Below, piece after piece: positions 42,863 to 54,238 of a DNA stretch of 64,000 nt (positions are counted from its first letter, which is position 1; each line of letters begins with the position of its first letter). Source of the stretch: Nitrosopumilus sp. (lineage in GTDB: Archaea > Thermoproteota > Nitrososphaeria > Nitrososphaerales > Nitrosopumilaceae); NCBI GenBank assembly GCA_965214775.1, contig OZ243974.1, positions 1,120,001 to 1,184,000 on the forward strand, in the 5' to 3' direction. Under the pieces are notes generated by a model. It was not told the origin of the DNA. It was given only the letters and a program-made list of their open reading frames with translations, and made no database searches. The position numbers and the translations under genes are program-made.

Positions 42863-43200
42863 GCATCGCGACTCCGAGATCGACCCCCGCGCGGCGTGCA
42901 GAATCGATGATTTTACGCACGAAATCGGCCGTATCCTCAAGGGGTCGGCATGTGCAGTGTTCCCAGCACAAGGCGGCAGTGGCTCACTATACACTGTGTG
43001 GTGATGTACTGCTAAAAGACTATCGTCCCACTCTTCTTCTTGGAGCGGATCAGCTCCCTGAGAGGTGATCCAAAATTAGAAACAATGTAAATTTTTCATG
43101 TAATTTCACAGATAGTTTGTATATTGTTGATGTTTTGAGCCGTTCTATGCAAATTCGTTCACAAATAATCAGAGTTTGCTAATTTCGAATCAACTCTCTG

Positions 43201-44655
43201 AGATCGTCGGCAGCGAGCCCGAACGGCCAGTCCCACACGGAGGAGGACTCCATGACGTATTTGGCGTCCTCCGAAATCCCTGCAAACGCACTTCTTATCT
43301 CGCCGTCCTTGTTGCTGATTTTTGTGTTCCTCAGCACCTTGCCGCTCTTGTCCATCACCGCAACTTGGATGAACTCCTTGTACACGTCTAGGCCTACGTA
43401 GTATCCTCGGCTACCAATTGATCACAAAAAGGACAATTTTTTTCAACCAAAGGATCTAAGAGCTATTAGTCCCATATATACACATGAAAGGAAAGAAGGA
43501 ATTACCGACGGGAACAGCGTTCCTGTACGGGATAGCAAGCAAGGACGAGCTTTTTAGGATGCACAAGTCCGAGAAGGACGCCAAGGCGGCAATCCGGCTC
43601 CTTGCATACCACATGAGAAAGTGCGGCGCGAGCATATATGATATTGCCGAGAAGCTGAGCAGGCCGTATGGAACCGTACGATACTGGCTGGTGCGTGCGC
43701 ACAAGCATGGCCTGGAGGGCAGGTTTGACATAAAGCATGGCGCCCCGTGCAGGCTCGACAAGAAACAGCTTGAACGGCTGCGCGCAGACCTGATCAAGGG
43801 CCCGGACAACTGCGGCTTTAAGGCCACAACATGGACAGGGCCGCTGGTCATTGCCCACGTCAAAAAGAAGTTCGGCATCACGTATGCAGAAACGAGCATG
43901 TACGACCTGCTGCACAGAATCGGCTTCTCATGCAGAAAGCCCAGGCCAAAACACCCAAAATCAGCCTCAGAATCCGAGAAAAAGGAGTTCAAAAAAAAAG
44001 CTAGGCAGAGCGCAAAGTACTATTCAAAAAAGGGGTACACGGTAATGATAGGCGACGAGTCCATGTTCATACTGGGATGGAACGTCAAGAACAGCTGGTA
44101 CCCCGTAGGAGAGCCGGTCTATACGCCCGTCAGCCTGTCCAGGAAGCGGTTCTATGTCATAGGGGCCCTCTCAAGAAACAGGTTTGACTATCGCTTTTAC
44201 GAAAAGGCCAACACGGGAACGTTCTACAAGTTTCTCAGGACACTGCGCCGCAAGTACGGCAAGGTGTTGTTGTTTGTCGACAACGCATCGTACCACAAGT
44301 CAGCAGAACTCAATAGAAAGATGGCCAAGTGGAACGGGGACGTGGTGCTAAAGTACCTGCCGCCGTACGCGCCGGAGCTTAACAACTCGGAGGGGCAGTG
44401 GCGCGGGTTCAAAAAGGCGACTTCAAACTGCCTTTACAAGACCGTCAAGGAGATGCAGAGATCACTGCGCAGTATGACGCGCAGGGGCGAGATAAAGGTG
44501 GTAAAGATGAACAAATAGCTGACGTAGATACTACGTACTGCTGCTACACCGCCTTTGGTTTCACGCGTGTCCTCTTTTTTGCGGTAATCTGCATGTTTGC
44601 ATTGCCTCTTATCTTGGCACCGCCTGAATTTCGTCTTTGAGGCACATATGGTTAC
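43201..44655 (-). pseudogene. Second IS110-family recombinase, 5' remnant, interrupted by IS630
   Basis: QQYVGLDVYKEFIQVAVMD...VMESS is split across the IS; similar to 46530-46805. Confidence 0.8.
43484..44518 (+). CDS. IS630 transposase
   Basis: GDES, VDNASYH and APELNNSE motifs; element spans ~43400-44532. Confidence 0.92.
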   Translation: MKGKKELPTGTAFLYGIASKDELFRMHKSEKDAKAAIRLLAYHMRKCGASIYDIAEKLSRPYGTVRYWLVRAHKHGLEGRFDIKHGAPCRLDKKQLERLRADLIKGPDNCGFKATTWTGPLVIAHVKKKFGITYAETSMYDLLHRIGFSCRKPRPKHPKSASESEKKEFKKKARQSAKYYSKKGYTVMIGDESMFILGWNVKNSWYPVGEPVYTPVSLSRKRFYVIGALSRNRFDYRFYEKANTGTFYKFLRTLRRKYGKVLLFVDNASYHKSAELNRKMAKWNGDVVLKYLPPYAPELNNSEGQWRGFKKATSNCLYKTVKEMQRSLRSMTRRGEIKVVKMNK

Positions 44656-45555
44656 TTACTTGTTCTTTAAAATCATAAACACAAAGTCACTATCGATTAC
44701 TTTTTCTTTAATTAACAACTGCTCTGTGTTGTATAGCAGTTTTAGAATCAACGAGTCTTTTTCGTTGCTAGGATCAAAATTTCCTACAATACAGTCCATC
44801 GCAAATTGCAACAGCGTCCCGCCATACTTTCGTTCGTAAACTACTTTGAAATTTTCTTTTAGCAATCTTGTTATTTCTCCTGATCTGATGGACTCTGAAG
44901 GATCATCTTTTTCAATCACTGCCGGTTTTTCTCTGTACGTGCTTTTTCTAATTCTTCCATCAACCACGCTTGTTTTGTAATTATCCGTCAAGTTACTCAA
45001 AACCCAATTCATTAATTCGACTTGTTTGTCGGTAAACTGATATCGTGACGGCCCAACATACTCATTTATTATGAACAGCCCCTCTGGCTTGAGGGCCCGT
45101 CTTACCTCCCCGAACAGCTCTTCTAATCTCTCTACGTGATGTATCGAATGCCATCCAAAAATTGCATCAAACGACCCTTTTTCTAATTTTATATTGTTAA
45201 GATTCGCCTCTTCATACTCTATGCTTTGAGCCAGTCCGTCTCTTGCAGCTTCCTTTTTTGCGACTTTGATTGCATCTGCTGATATGTCGACTCCCTTACA
45301 CCGTTTTGCGGTACCGTTGGCCGTGATTATTCTTTCTAAACGGCCGCTGCCTGAACCTAGGACTAGGGCACTGTCAAACTCCCCGAATTCTTTCAAAAAT
45401 GCAAATATGTCTACTGCCTCATTGCCTGTTATGGCTTTGTTGATACACTGAATTAGGGTGGGATGTGCACTCCAATGTTTTCGGGGCATGTCTGTTAGCG
45501 ACTCGTTTGCGCATTTTCCCCAAACGTCGTTGACTTTTTCCTTGTACGAGGTCAG
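44656..45555 (-). CDS. Class I SAM-dependent methyltransferase (AT-rich; start uncertain)
   Basis: VLGSGSG, GVDIS, SIHH and LKPEG motifs; the longer ORF-track N-terminus runs through repeat/IS ends. Confidence 0.85.
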   Translation of the reverse strand: MTSYKEKVNDVWGKCANESLTDMPRKHWSAHPTLIQCINKAITGNEAVDIFAFLKEFGEFDSALVLGSGSGRLERIITANGTAKRCKGVDISADAIKVAKKEAARDGLAQSIEYEEANLNNIKLEKGSFDAIFGWHSIHHVERLEELFGEVRRALKPEGLFIINEYVGPSRYQFTDKQVELMNWVLSNLTDNYKTSVVDGRIRKSTYREKPAVIEKDDPSESIRSGEITRLLKENFKVVYERKYGGTLLQFAMDCIVGNFDPSNEKDSLILKLLYNTEQLLIKEKVIDSDFVFMILKNK

Positions 45556-45669
45556 TCCATCTCCCCCCCCGGCAAGCGTGAAAATAGCCGGCGTGCAAAT
45601 TCGTGTCGAGTTGCAAGGAACGCGACCCGTACTTTTGACGTGCTGTCCATTTGAATCATTGCCTGATCT

Positions 45670-46529
45670 CAGTAGATGAAAATGTACCCTCCTTTTTAAA
45701 TGTCTGATTGTTTTGACAGTAGATGAAAATGTACCCCGCAAATCCGTCTAACCGGGATCGTGCAGCCGCCGCCCAGCCCCGATCCTGCCTGCATCTGGCA
45801 CAGAGGCAGCACGAATACAGGATCACAACATACATGAGTCAGCAGTGTCATGACGCGGGTCTTTGGATCGGCCGAGTCCCTCATTGTCAGCCATATGTTG
45901 CATACTGCAAGCTACACGTAAAACAAAAGCATCCGCATGACAGGATTCCTGCTGACGGTCTGTGGCCTGACGCTCTTGGCACAGCGATATCCCGTCTCGA
46001 TACCCCACCTATTTTGATACTCTTTTGTCACATAGTGAAACAACTGCCGGTAGCCGTGGCAGTGTACCGTGGTCGCAAACACGGGCATCTGTCAAAGATG
46101 TTATTTGCCGTGGACTTTGGGATCTTCCTGATGACCAGAGTGAACGTGAATCTCCTGCCGTCTGATAGCTTTATGGCATACCTTGATACTGCCTTTCTCT
46201 TGTCGCAGGCACGCTGTACGATGGCCTGCTTTATTTATCCCCGGCGTCTTGACTGCAGAGAGGTGATCCGAAATTAGAAACCGTGCGAATTTTTCAAGTA
46301 ATTTCACAGATAATCTGTATTTTGTTGGTGTTTTGAGCCGTTTTATGCAAATTCGTTCACAAATAATCAGAGTTTGCTAATTTCGAATCAACTCTCAGGC
46401 ATGATGAATGCAAACCCGGCGCCGTATATGACATCCATTACGTCTACTGAAAAGAACCCCCTGTCAAGCAGGGTGACGCTTTGCCTTGACCCAGGCCTGG
46501 ACGTAATGCCCAGATCGGCGCATTTTTGG
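45670..46529 (-). pseudogene. Decayed ISH3-like transposase, split by MITE D, with a doubled TIR
   Basis: LLDRGFFSVDV..FIMP and YQNRWGIETGY fragments; CAGTAGATGAAAATGTACCC at ~45670 and ~45718. Confidence 0.75.
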
Positions 46530-46805
46530 AGTAACCATATGTGTCTCAAAAACAAAATTCAGATGGTACCAAGATAAAAGGCAATGCAAACAGACAGATT
46601 AGCGCAAAAAAAAGGATATGTGTGAAATCAAAGGCGGAGCAGCAGTATGTCGGCCTGGACGTGCACAAGGAGTCCATCCAGGTCGCGGTGATGGACAAGG
46701 ACGGCAAGGTCCTGGGGAATACAAAAATAAGCAACAGGAACAGCGAGATAAGAGAGATGTTTGCAAAGATTCCGGATAACACCAGGTGCGTCATGGAGTC
46801 CTCGT
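46530..46805 (+). pseudogene. IS110 recombinase 5' remnant
   Basis: YVGLDVHKESIQVAVMD...VMESS, followed by an abrupt change to unrelated sequence. Confidence 0.82.
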
Positions 46806-46943
46806 ATGCTAAAGAAATAGATGGCCTTCAGTCAGTGCATAGTGGACATGCGTGTGAAATGAACGTCATCATCATTATTATTATTGTCATTACAGTTAGA
46901 ACTTTAATCTGCGTTGATGTAGTTGAGGGAGATCCTCGTTTAG

Positions 46944-47277
46944 TAACTGCAGAACGGTTCTGACAAATGGATGAAGAATGGTACTGAGGGAGATCCTCGT
47001 ATAGATAAGTGTCCGACCTTCATTTTGTGATTGTCAGGAAGAGACCCCCAGCCAAAGCCATACTTCACAACACCGTTACGCGTGGAATCCTTATAAGCAC
47101 GACACATAGATAACTGCAGAACGGTTCTGACAAATGGATGAAGAATGGTACTGAGGGAGATCCTCGTATAGATAAGTGTCCGACCTTCATTTTGTGATTG
47201 TCAGGAAGAGACCCCCAGCCAAAGCCATACTTCACAACACCGTTACGCGTGGAATCCTTATAAGCACGACACATAGA
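46944..47277. repeat. Two tandem copies of a 167-bp unit
   Basis: TAACTGCAGAACGG starts at 46944 and 47111. Confidence 0.92.
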
Positions 47278-47475
47278 TACAACATCAGGTCCTTTTTATA
47301 CTGACAAGCCAACTTTTCTGGGCAGCGTCTTATGATCAGATGCCCTTGCAGACATGGCTGAGCATCAGACATTTGTGACCAGTCATTGCAGGATTGGAAT
47401 TTGCTGGGGTGATCCATTATCGGCATCCTAGTCAAAGAATTCCGATGGAAATCTTTTTTGATCTTGCCTGGTTGA

Positions 47476-47760
47476 TCTATTGTACGAAAATTAGGTCGCA
47501 CTAATTTGAAGAGGATTGCAAAGGATTACTTTAGGCTTTACCGATCAAGAAAACCGATGGTTACAAGGCTCGAGGCAAAGCAGATCAGATACGCAGTGAC
47601 GCAGTGTGCAGGGGGACGAAAGCCCTCGGAGGTGGCCCCGGAGATAGGCGTCACGACAAGGCACGTCCAGCGGATGCATGCCCGGTTCAAGAAGACAGGC
47701 GACACGCACCACGTGCCGCTCAAGCCGGGAAGGAAAAGGAGCGCTCTGGTTCCCGACGGG
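47476..47760 (+). pseudogene. IS481 5' remnant
   Basis: Left TIR TCTATTGTACGAAAATTAGG and the HTH segment EIGVTTRHVQR. Confidence 0.75.
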
Positions 47761-48121
47761 GGCGTTTTTATCATGTGTTCAACAACAGTCTAACCCCGAA
47801 TACATCTTTATTAATTACGCCGGGTTTAATGATAATATCAGAATGAGCGCGTTATACACTACCACACTGTCGGTCACCGTTATCAAAACCCCACATGATC
47901 ACTGGGGGGGGGTAGTTGACCCGGGCCCTGCCGTCGGGGCTGGGAAGGGGCCCTCGTTCCGGCGGCTATGAAAGGCTGGCCTGCGGTTCGGATCCTGACG
48001 GCACAGGGGCCGCCATGCATGGGGGTCTTGCCCGTGCGGACTGCTGCAGGTGGCTTGTACAGGACAACAAATCAGGCTACGACATGGGAGGCAACACTAC
48101 AGAGTCCGGAGGTAATCTGCC

Positions 48122-51100
48122 ATGGCCGTAAAACGGCAACGCCCGCCCCGTCGATCTCCTGCAGGAACCCCAGCACTGTACTTGGCATTTATTGCAGCCG
48201 CCGTCTCCGGCCTGGCCGTAGCGGGATCTCTGCAGGAGGTGCACGCGCAGAACCGGATCGAGGTGATCCCTGCCGGGATGCTAAGTGATCACTCATCATG
48301 GCTGCTTGATGGTGCCACCGGCGTAGAAGTCTTTATAATAGGCAGCAAGACATATGCGGCGGTGATTGCCTATCAGGACGACGGCCTCCAGATTGTAGAC
48401 ATCTCCAATCCATCTGACCCCTATAACCTTGCAAAGCTGGAAAACAACGGATCTCGGCTACTTGATGCCCCCTATGGTGTGGATATATTCAAGATAGGCA
48501 GCAAGACCTACGCGGCAATCGCCTCCAGATTCAGCGACGGCCTCCAGATTGTAGACATCTCCAATCCCTCCAGCCCGGCTGCCGTCGGAAAGCTGGGAGA
48601 TAACAACTCCCGACTGCTTGACGGCGCCCATGACGTGGATGTCTTTACGATAGGCAGCAAGACCTACGCGGCAGTGGCCTCCCTTGAGGATGACGGCCTC
48701 CAGATTGTAGACGTCTCCAATCCCTCCAGCCCTACTGCCGTCGGAAAGCTGGGAGATAACAACTCTAGGGAGCTTGACGGCGCCCGTGGCGTAGACGTCT
48801 TTACGATAGGCAGCAAGACCTACGCGGCAGTAGCTGCCAATTATGATGACGGCCTCCAGATTGTAGACGTCTCCAATCCCTCCAGCCCTACTGCCGTCGG
48901 AAAGCTGGGAGATAACAACTCTAGGGAGCTTGACGGCGCCATAGGGGTGGCCGTCTTTACGATAGGCAGCAAGACCTACGCGGCAGTGGCCTCGTTTGAG
49001 GATCGAGGCCTCCAGATTGTAGACGTCTCCGATCCCTCCAGCCCGGCTGCCGTCGGAAAGCTGGAGAACAGCAACACAAACCTGCTTGACGGCGCCACCG
49101 GCGTGGATGTCTTCGTGATGGCTGGCAGGACATACGCGGCGGTGGCATCTGCCTTCGATAATGGTCTCCAGATTGTAGATGTCTCCAATCCCTCCAGCCC
49201 AACTGCCGACGGAAAGCTGAAAGACAACAACTCTAGGGTACTTGGCGGCGCCGTCGCCGTGGACATCTTCATGATGGGCGACAGGACCTACGCGGCAGTC
49301 GCCTCGGATAGCGATGATGGCCTCCAGCTGATACAGCTTCGCGATCGTATAAAGCCCGGGTTTGTCTCGGCCGCACTAGACGAGAACACGGGCCTCATGA
49401 TGATTACCCTCGATGAACCCATAGACACATCGGATACTGATCTCTCCAAGCTGTACGTCAGCGATGCGGGCAGGACAAACGAGGTGGTTCTGACGGGGGC
49501 TACCTTTGATGATACGGTGCCGGACTTGGACACGATAACATTTACGCTTACCAACACCCAGCTTGACGACATAATCCCGATGGCAACGCCGCAGCTTGAC
49601 ATTGCCGCAGGCGCAGTGGAGGATCTTGCCGCAAACGCCATAGACGCGGCGCCTGACAATGCAATCACGACGGCAAGCCCGGACAGCCCGATCCCGTCCG
49701 GAAGGCTGACCGACAGCCCGCAGGTGCATCTTGACAAGTCCCGCAGCGTGGACGTCTTCACGCTAGGCGGCAAGATCTACGCCGTCGCCGTATCCAGCAC
49801 CGAGGATGCCATCCAGATTGTTGACATCAGCAGTCCCGACAGGCCTCGGGCCCGCGGCAGTCTTGATACGGCTGACTCACCTACGCTGTTGCTTGACGGC
49901 GCCCGCGCAGTGGATACATTCACGACGGGCGGCAAGATCTACGCCGTCGTGGCCTCGCATGCCGATGACGGCATCCAGATAGTCCGCGTCTCGGATCTTA
50001 CGCATCCGCAGCCTGCCGGGAGGCTGGATGACAACAAATCCCGGCTGCTTGACGGTGCCAACGGCGTCAACGTCTTTAGGATAGGCACGGGCATCTATGC
50101 TGCAGTCACCTCCCAGTACGACGGCGGTCTTCAGATCATAGACGTCACCAATCCCGACAGTCCGACAGAGGCCGGAAAGCTGGAGGACGGTACCTTCCGG
50201 CTGCTTGATGACACCACCGACGTGGACACCTTCAGAGTGGGCGGCTCCACCTATGCAGTCGTATCCTCTTGGGTTGACAAAGGCATCCAGATTGTGGATG
50301 TAAGCAATCCGGACAGTCCGAGAGAGTCCGAGGTTCTGAAAGACAACAATGACCTGCTACTCGACGGAATACGTGCAGTGGACGCCTTTGAGGTGGGGGG
50401 CACCGCATATGCTGCAGTGGCATCGCACACCGACGGAGGTCTTCAGATCATAGACGTCTCCAATCCTGCCAGCCCTGCAGCGGCCGGAAAGCTTGCAGAC
50501 ACCGACGACCTGTTGCTTGGTGGTGCCAGCGGCGTGGAGATCTTCAGGGTGGGCAAGGCCGTCTATGCCGCAGTGGCCTCCCAGTACGACGGCGGCCTCC
50601 AGATTGTGGATGTCTCCGATCCCGACAATCCGACAGCGGCCGGATCCCTGGAGGACGGCCCGGAACTGTCGCTTGCAGCGGCCCGGAATCTGTCCGTGTT
50701 CACCCACGGAGGGGATCTGTACGCCGCAGTGGTCTCCGACACGGAGGGACTCCAGATAGTAAAGCTTGCCGAGGACGATCTCGAGTTTGTATCGGCGACG
50801 CTTGACGCGGCCACGGGCAAGATGACGGTTACCTTCACTAAGACCATAGATGTATCAGATACGAAACTGTCAAAGATGTATGTCAGCGATGCCGGCAAGA
50901 CAAACGAGGTGGTCCTAAGCGGGGCGACCTTTGACAAAACGACACGTGACTCGGAGACCATATCACTTACGCTTGTCCCGGCCCAGCTAGACGACATAAC
51001 ACGGATGGCGGCCCCGCAGCTTGACATAGCAGCCGGCGCCGTGTCAGACGTATCGGGTAATGACATAGCCGCGGCGTCTGACAACCCGGTCACGGTGGCC

Positions 51101-54100
51101 ATCGTGATGACCCCGGTCGGGAATATAAGTGACGACCACTCGTTACTGCTTGATTCTGCCCGCGCAGTGGATACGTTTACGATAGGCAGCAGGATCTACG
51201 CGGCAGTGGCGGCCTCATCTGACGACGGTCTCCAGCTGGTCGATATCTCCGATCCCTCCAGTCCCGTCGCCGCCGGGCATCTTGAGGATACCGAGGGCAG
51301 CAACGAGCTGCTGCTTGATGGTTCCAACGACGTGAACGTCTTTGTAATCGGCAGCAGGACATATGCCGCAGTGACCACCGCATCTGACCACGGCCTCCAG
51401 ATTGTAGACGTCTCCAATCCCTCCAGCCCGACTGCCGCCGGAAAACTGGCAGACAACAGCTCTAGGGAGCTTAAAGGCGCCACAGGGGTGGCCGTCTTTA
51501 CGATAGGCGGCAAGACCTACGCGGCAGTGGCGGCCTCATCTGACGACGGTCTCCAGCTGGTCGATATCTCCGATCCCACCAACCCGACTGCCGCCGGAAA
51601 TCTGGGGGATACCAACTCTAGGCTGCTTGACGGTGCCTCTGACGTGGCCGTCTTTACGATAGGCGGCAAGACCTACGCGGCAGTGGCCTCATCTGCCTCT
51701 GACGACGGTCTCCAGCTGGTCGATATCTCCGATCCCACCAACCCGACTGCCGCCGGGCAGCTGGCAGCTACCAAATCTAGGCTGCTTGACGGCGTCGAGG
51801 GCCTAGACATCTTTACAACGGGTGGCAAGACCTACGCCGTCGTGACAGCCAGATTTGACGACGCCCTCCAGATTATAGACATCACCGATCCCGACAAACC
51901 TGTAGCTGCAGGGAACCTGGTGGACGGCGGCAACCTGCGGCTTGGCTCTCCCTTTGACGTGGATGTCTTCACGCTAGACGGCAAGACCTACGCCGCAGTC
52001 ACGTCGTTTGCTGATGACACACTCCAGATCATAGATGTCACCAATCCTGCCGGTCCGGCCGCCGCCGGCAGTCTGAGAGACGGAGGTTCTCTGAATCTTA
52101 ACGGCATCGATGCCGTGAACGTTTTTACAGTCGGAGCGGACACCTACGCTGCAGTCGCCGCCCAACTGGATGACGGTCTCCAGATGGTGAGGCTGAGCTC
52201 ATGGGGGACATCCAACACCCCACCGGTGGCACCATCCGCGACGGCAACCACCGCAGAGGACACGTCTGTAACCATAACTCCGAACATATCGGATCCGGAC
52301 ACATCAGACACCCCGAGGATATCGGCAGTAGAGAACCCGCCCAACGGGACTGTTATACATGATGATACCACCATAACTTATACGCCCGATCAGGGCTATA
52401 CGGGCACCGATACGTTCGGATATACGGTAACTGATGGCACCGACTCTGTACAAGGCACGGTAACGGTAACCGTCACACGCGACAACAACACCTCAAAGGC
52501 AATATCTGACCTGCTGAGCATCTACCACGCAAGGCCGGATCTGCAGGCAGCATACCCGGAGGCCGGCTCCAACAACGATATGACGGGACTACTTAGGTGG
52601 GCATGGCAGTACGGAATTGTTGACTATCCTGCAGACCCCAACGGCCCGCATGCAGTCCTGGGCCCGCACGCGCACACCTATGCACTGCTCTCCATATACG
52701 ACGCAAGGCCCGACCTGCAGGCAGCATACCCGGAGGTCGTGGCAGGCGATCGTGACGCACTGACTGTCTGGGCGCGCGACTGGGGAATCAACGACTATCC
52801 GGATGATCCGGTGGGTCCTGCCGCAGTCCTGGGCCCGCACGCGCACACCTATGCACTGCTCTCCATATACGACGCAAGGCCCGACCTGCAGGCAGCATAC
52901 CCGGAGGTCGTGGCAGGCGATCGTGACGCACTGACTGTCTGGGCGCGCGACTGGGGAATCAACGACTATCCGGATGATCCGGTGGGTCCTGCCGCAGTCC
53001 TGGGCCCGCACGCGCACACCTATGCACTGCTCTCCATATACGACGCAAGGCCCGACCTGCAGGCAGCATACCCGGAGGTCGTGGCAGGCGATCGTGACGC
53101 ACTGACTGTCTGGGCGCGCGACTGGGGAATCAACGACTATCCGGATGATCCGGTGGGTCCTGCCGCAGTCCTGGGCCCGCACGCGCACACCTATGCACTG
53201 CTCTCCATATACGACGCAAGGCCCGACCTGCAGGCAGCATACCCGGAGGTCGTGGCAGGCGATCGTGACGCACTGACTGTCTGGGCGCGCGACTGGGGAA
53301 TCAACGACTATCCGGATGATCCGGTGGGTCCTGCCGCAGTCCTGGGCCCGCACGCGCACACCTATGCACTGCTCTCCATATACGACGCAAGGCCCGACCT
53401 GCAGGCAGCATACCCGGAGGTCGTGGCAGGCGATCGTGACGCACTGACTGTCTGGGCGCGCGACTGGGGAATCAACGACTATCCGGATGATCCGGTGGGT
53501 CCTGCCGCAGTCCTGGGCCCGCACGCGCACACCTATGCACTGCTCTCCATATACGACGCAAGGCCCGACCTGCAGGCAGCATACCCGGAGGTCGTGGCAG
53601 GCGATCGTGACGCACTGACTGTCTGGGCGCGCGACTGGGGAATCAACGACTATCCGGATGATCCGGTGGGTCCTGCCGCAGTCCTGGGCCCGCACGCGCA
53701 CACCTATGCACTGCTCTCCATATACGACGCAAGGCCCGACCTGCAGGCAGCATACCCGGAGGTCGTGGCAGGCGACCACACAGCACTGACTGTCTGGGCG
53801 CGCGACTGGGGAATCAACGACTATCCGGATGATCCGGTGGGTCCTGCCGCAGTCCTGGGCCCGCACGCGCACACCTATGCACTGCTCTCCATATACGACG
53901 CAAGGCCCGACCTGCAGGCAGCATACCCGGAGGTCGTGGCAGGCGACCACACAGCACTGACTGTCTGGGCGCGCGACTGGGGAATCAACGACTATCCGGA
54001 TGATCCGGTGGGTCCTGCCGCAGTCCTGGGCCCGCACGCGCACACCTATGCACTGCTCTCCATATACGACGCAAGGCCCGACCTGCAGGCAGCATACCCG

Positions 54101-54211
54101 GAGGTCGTGGCAGGCGATCGTGACGCACTGATCAAGTGGATACGGGATTACGGGATAACTGAATATCCGTCTGTCCTAGGCCCATATGCACACGTCTATG
54201 GTAGAGGCTAA
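48122..54211 (+). CDS. Second giant LVIVD-repeat surface protein (paralog) with C-terminal 57-aa repeats
   Basis: Signal-like segment ending QEVHAQ; three propeller blocks; two FVSA.LD linker domains; one Ig-like domain. Confidence 0.9.
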   Translation: MAVKRQRPPRRSPAGTPALYLAFIAAAVSGLAVAGSLQEVHAQNRIEVIPAGMLSDHSSWLLDGATGVEVFIIGSKTYAAVIAYQDDGLQIVDISNPSDPYNLAKLENNGSRLLDAPYGVDIFKIGSKTYAAIASRFSDGLQIVDISNPSSPAAVGKLGDNNSRLLDGAHDVDVFTIGSKTYAAVASLEDDGLQIVDVSNPSSPTAVGKLGDNNSRELDGARGVDVFTIGSKTYAAVAANYDDGLQIVDVSNPSSPTAVGKLGDNNSRELDGAIGVAVFTIGSKTYAAVASFEDRGLQIVDVSDPSSPAAVGKLENSNTNLLDGATGVDVFVMAGRTYAAVASAFDNGLQIVDVSNPSSPTADGKLKDNNSRVLGGAVAVDIFMMGDRTYAAVASDSDDGLQLIQLRDRIKPGFVSAALDENTGLMMITLDEPIDTSDTDLSKLYVSDAGRTNEVVLTGATFDDTVPDLDTITFTLTNTQLDDIIPMATPQLDIAAGAVEDLAANAIDAAPDNAITTASPDSPIPSGRLTDSPQVHLDKSRSVDVFTLGGKIYAVAVSSTEDAIQIVDISSPDRPRARGSLDTADSPTLLLDGARAVDTFTTGGKIYAVVASHADDGIQIVRVSDLTHPQPAGRLDDNKSRLLDGANGVNVFRIGTGIYAAVTSQYDGGLQIIDVTNPDSPTEAGKLEDGTFRLLDDTTDVDTFRVGGSTYAVVSSWVDKGIQIVDVSNPDSPRESEVLKDNNDLLLDGIRAVDAFEVGGTAYAAVASHTDGGLQIIDVSNPASPAAAGKLADTDDLLLGGASGVEIFRVGKAVYAAVASQYDGGLQIVDVSDPDNPTAAGSLEDGPELSLAAARNLSVFTHGGDLYAAVVSDTEGLQIVKLAEDDLEFVSATLDAATGKMTVTFTKTIDVSDTKLSKMYVSDAGKTNEVVLSGATFDKTTRDSETISLTLVPAQLDDITRMAAPQLDIAAGAVSDVSGNDIAAASDNPVTVAIVMTPVGNISDDHSLLLDSARAVDTFTIGSRIYAAVAASSDDGLQLVDISDPSSPVAAGHLEDTEGSNELLLDGSNDVNVFVIGSRTYAAVTTASDHGLQIVDVSNPSSPTAAGKLADNSSRELKGATGVAVFTIGGKTYAAVAASSDDGLQLVDISDPTNPTAAGNLGDTNSRLLDGASDVAVFTIGGKTYAAVASSASDDGLQLVDISDPTNPTAAGQLAATKSRLLDGVEGLDIFTTGGKTYAVVTARFDDALQIIDITDPDKPVAAGNLVDGGNLRLGSPFDVDVFTLDGKTYAAVTSFADDTLQIIDVTNPAGPAAAGSLRDGGSLNLNGIDAVNVFTVGADTYAAVAAQLDDGLQMVRLSSWGTSNTPPVAPSATATTAEDTSVTITPNISDPDTSDTPRISAVENPPNGTVIHDDTTITYTPDQGYTGTDTFGYTVTDGTDSVQGTVTVTVTRDNNTSKAISDLLSIYHARPDLQAAYPEAGSNNDMTGLLRWAWQYGIVDYPADPNGPHAVLGPHAHTYALLSIYDARPDLQAAYPEVVAGDRDALTVWARDWGINDYPDDPVGPAAVLGPHAHTYALLSIYDARPDLQAAYPEVVAGDRDALTVWARDWGINDYPDDPVGPAAVLGPHAHTYALLSIYDARPDLQAAYPEVVAGDRDALTVWARDWGINDYPDDPVGPAAVLGPHAHTYALLSIYDARPDLQAAYPEVVAGDRDALTVWARDWGINDYPDDPVGPAAVLGPHAHTYALLSIYDARPDLQAAYPEVVAGDRDALTVWARDWGINDYPDDPVGPAAVLGPHAHTYALLSIYDARPDLQAAYPEVVAGDRDALTVWARDWGINDYPDDPVGPAAVLGPHAHTYALLSIYDARPDLQAAYPEVVAGDHTALTVWARDWGINDYPDDPVGPAAVLGPHAHTYALLSIYDARPDLQAAYPEVVAGDHTALTVWARDWGINDYPDDPVGPAAVLGPHAHTYALLSIYDARPDLQAAYPEVVAGDRDALIKWIRDYGITEYPSVLGPYAHVYGRG
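52508..54208 (+). repeat. Coding tandem repeat, 171-bp unit, 10 units
   Basis: YALL units every 171 bp from 52679 to 54047, plus a divergent first unit. Confidence 0.95.
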
Positions 54212-54238
54212 ATGTCTTAAAACGTAACAGGTTCATGC

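Noticed and set aside
43980-44005. A9 run in the IS630 transposase as a phase-variation tract
   Set aside because: It lies at the usual IS630 frameshift position and is in frame here; ordinary for the family.
41138-54208. 171-bp tandem arrays as CRISPR or as diversity-generating retroelement template/variable repeats
   Set aside because: There are no unique spacers, the units are in-frame coding, variation is not adenine-specific, and no cas or reverse transcriptase gene is in the window.
36413-54211. Near-equal lengths (2028 vs 2029 aa) as a molecular ruler
   Set aside because: This depends on an uncertain start for gene 1; the predicted mature lengths differ by roughly 30 aa.
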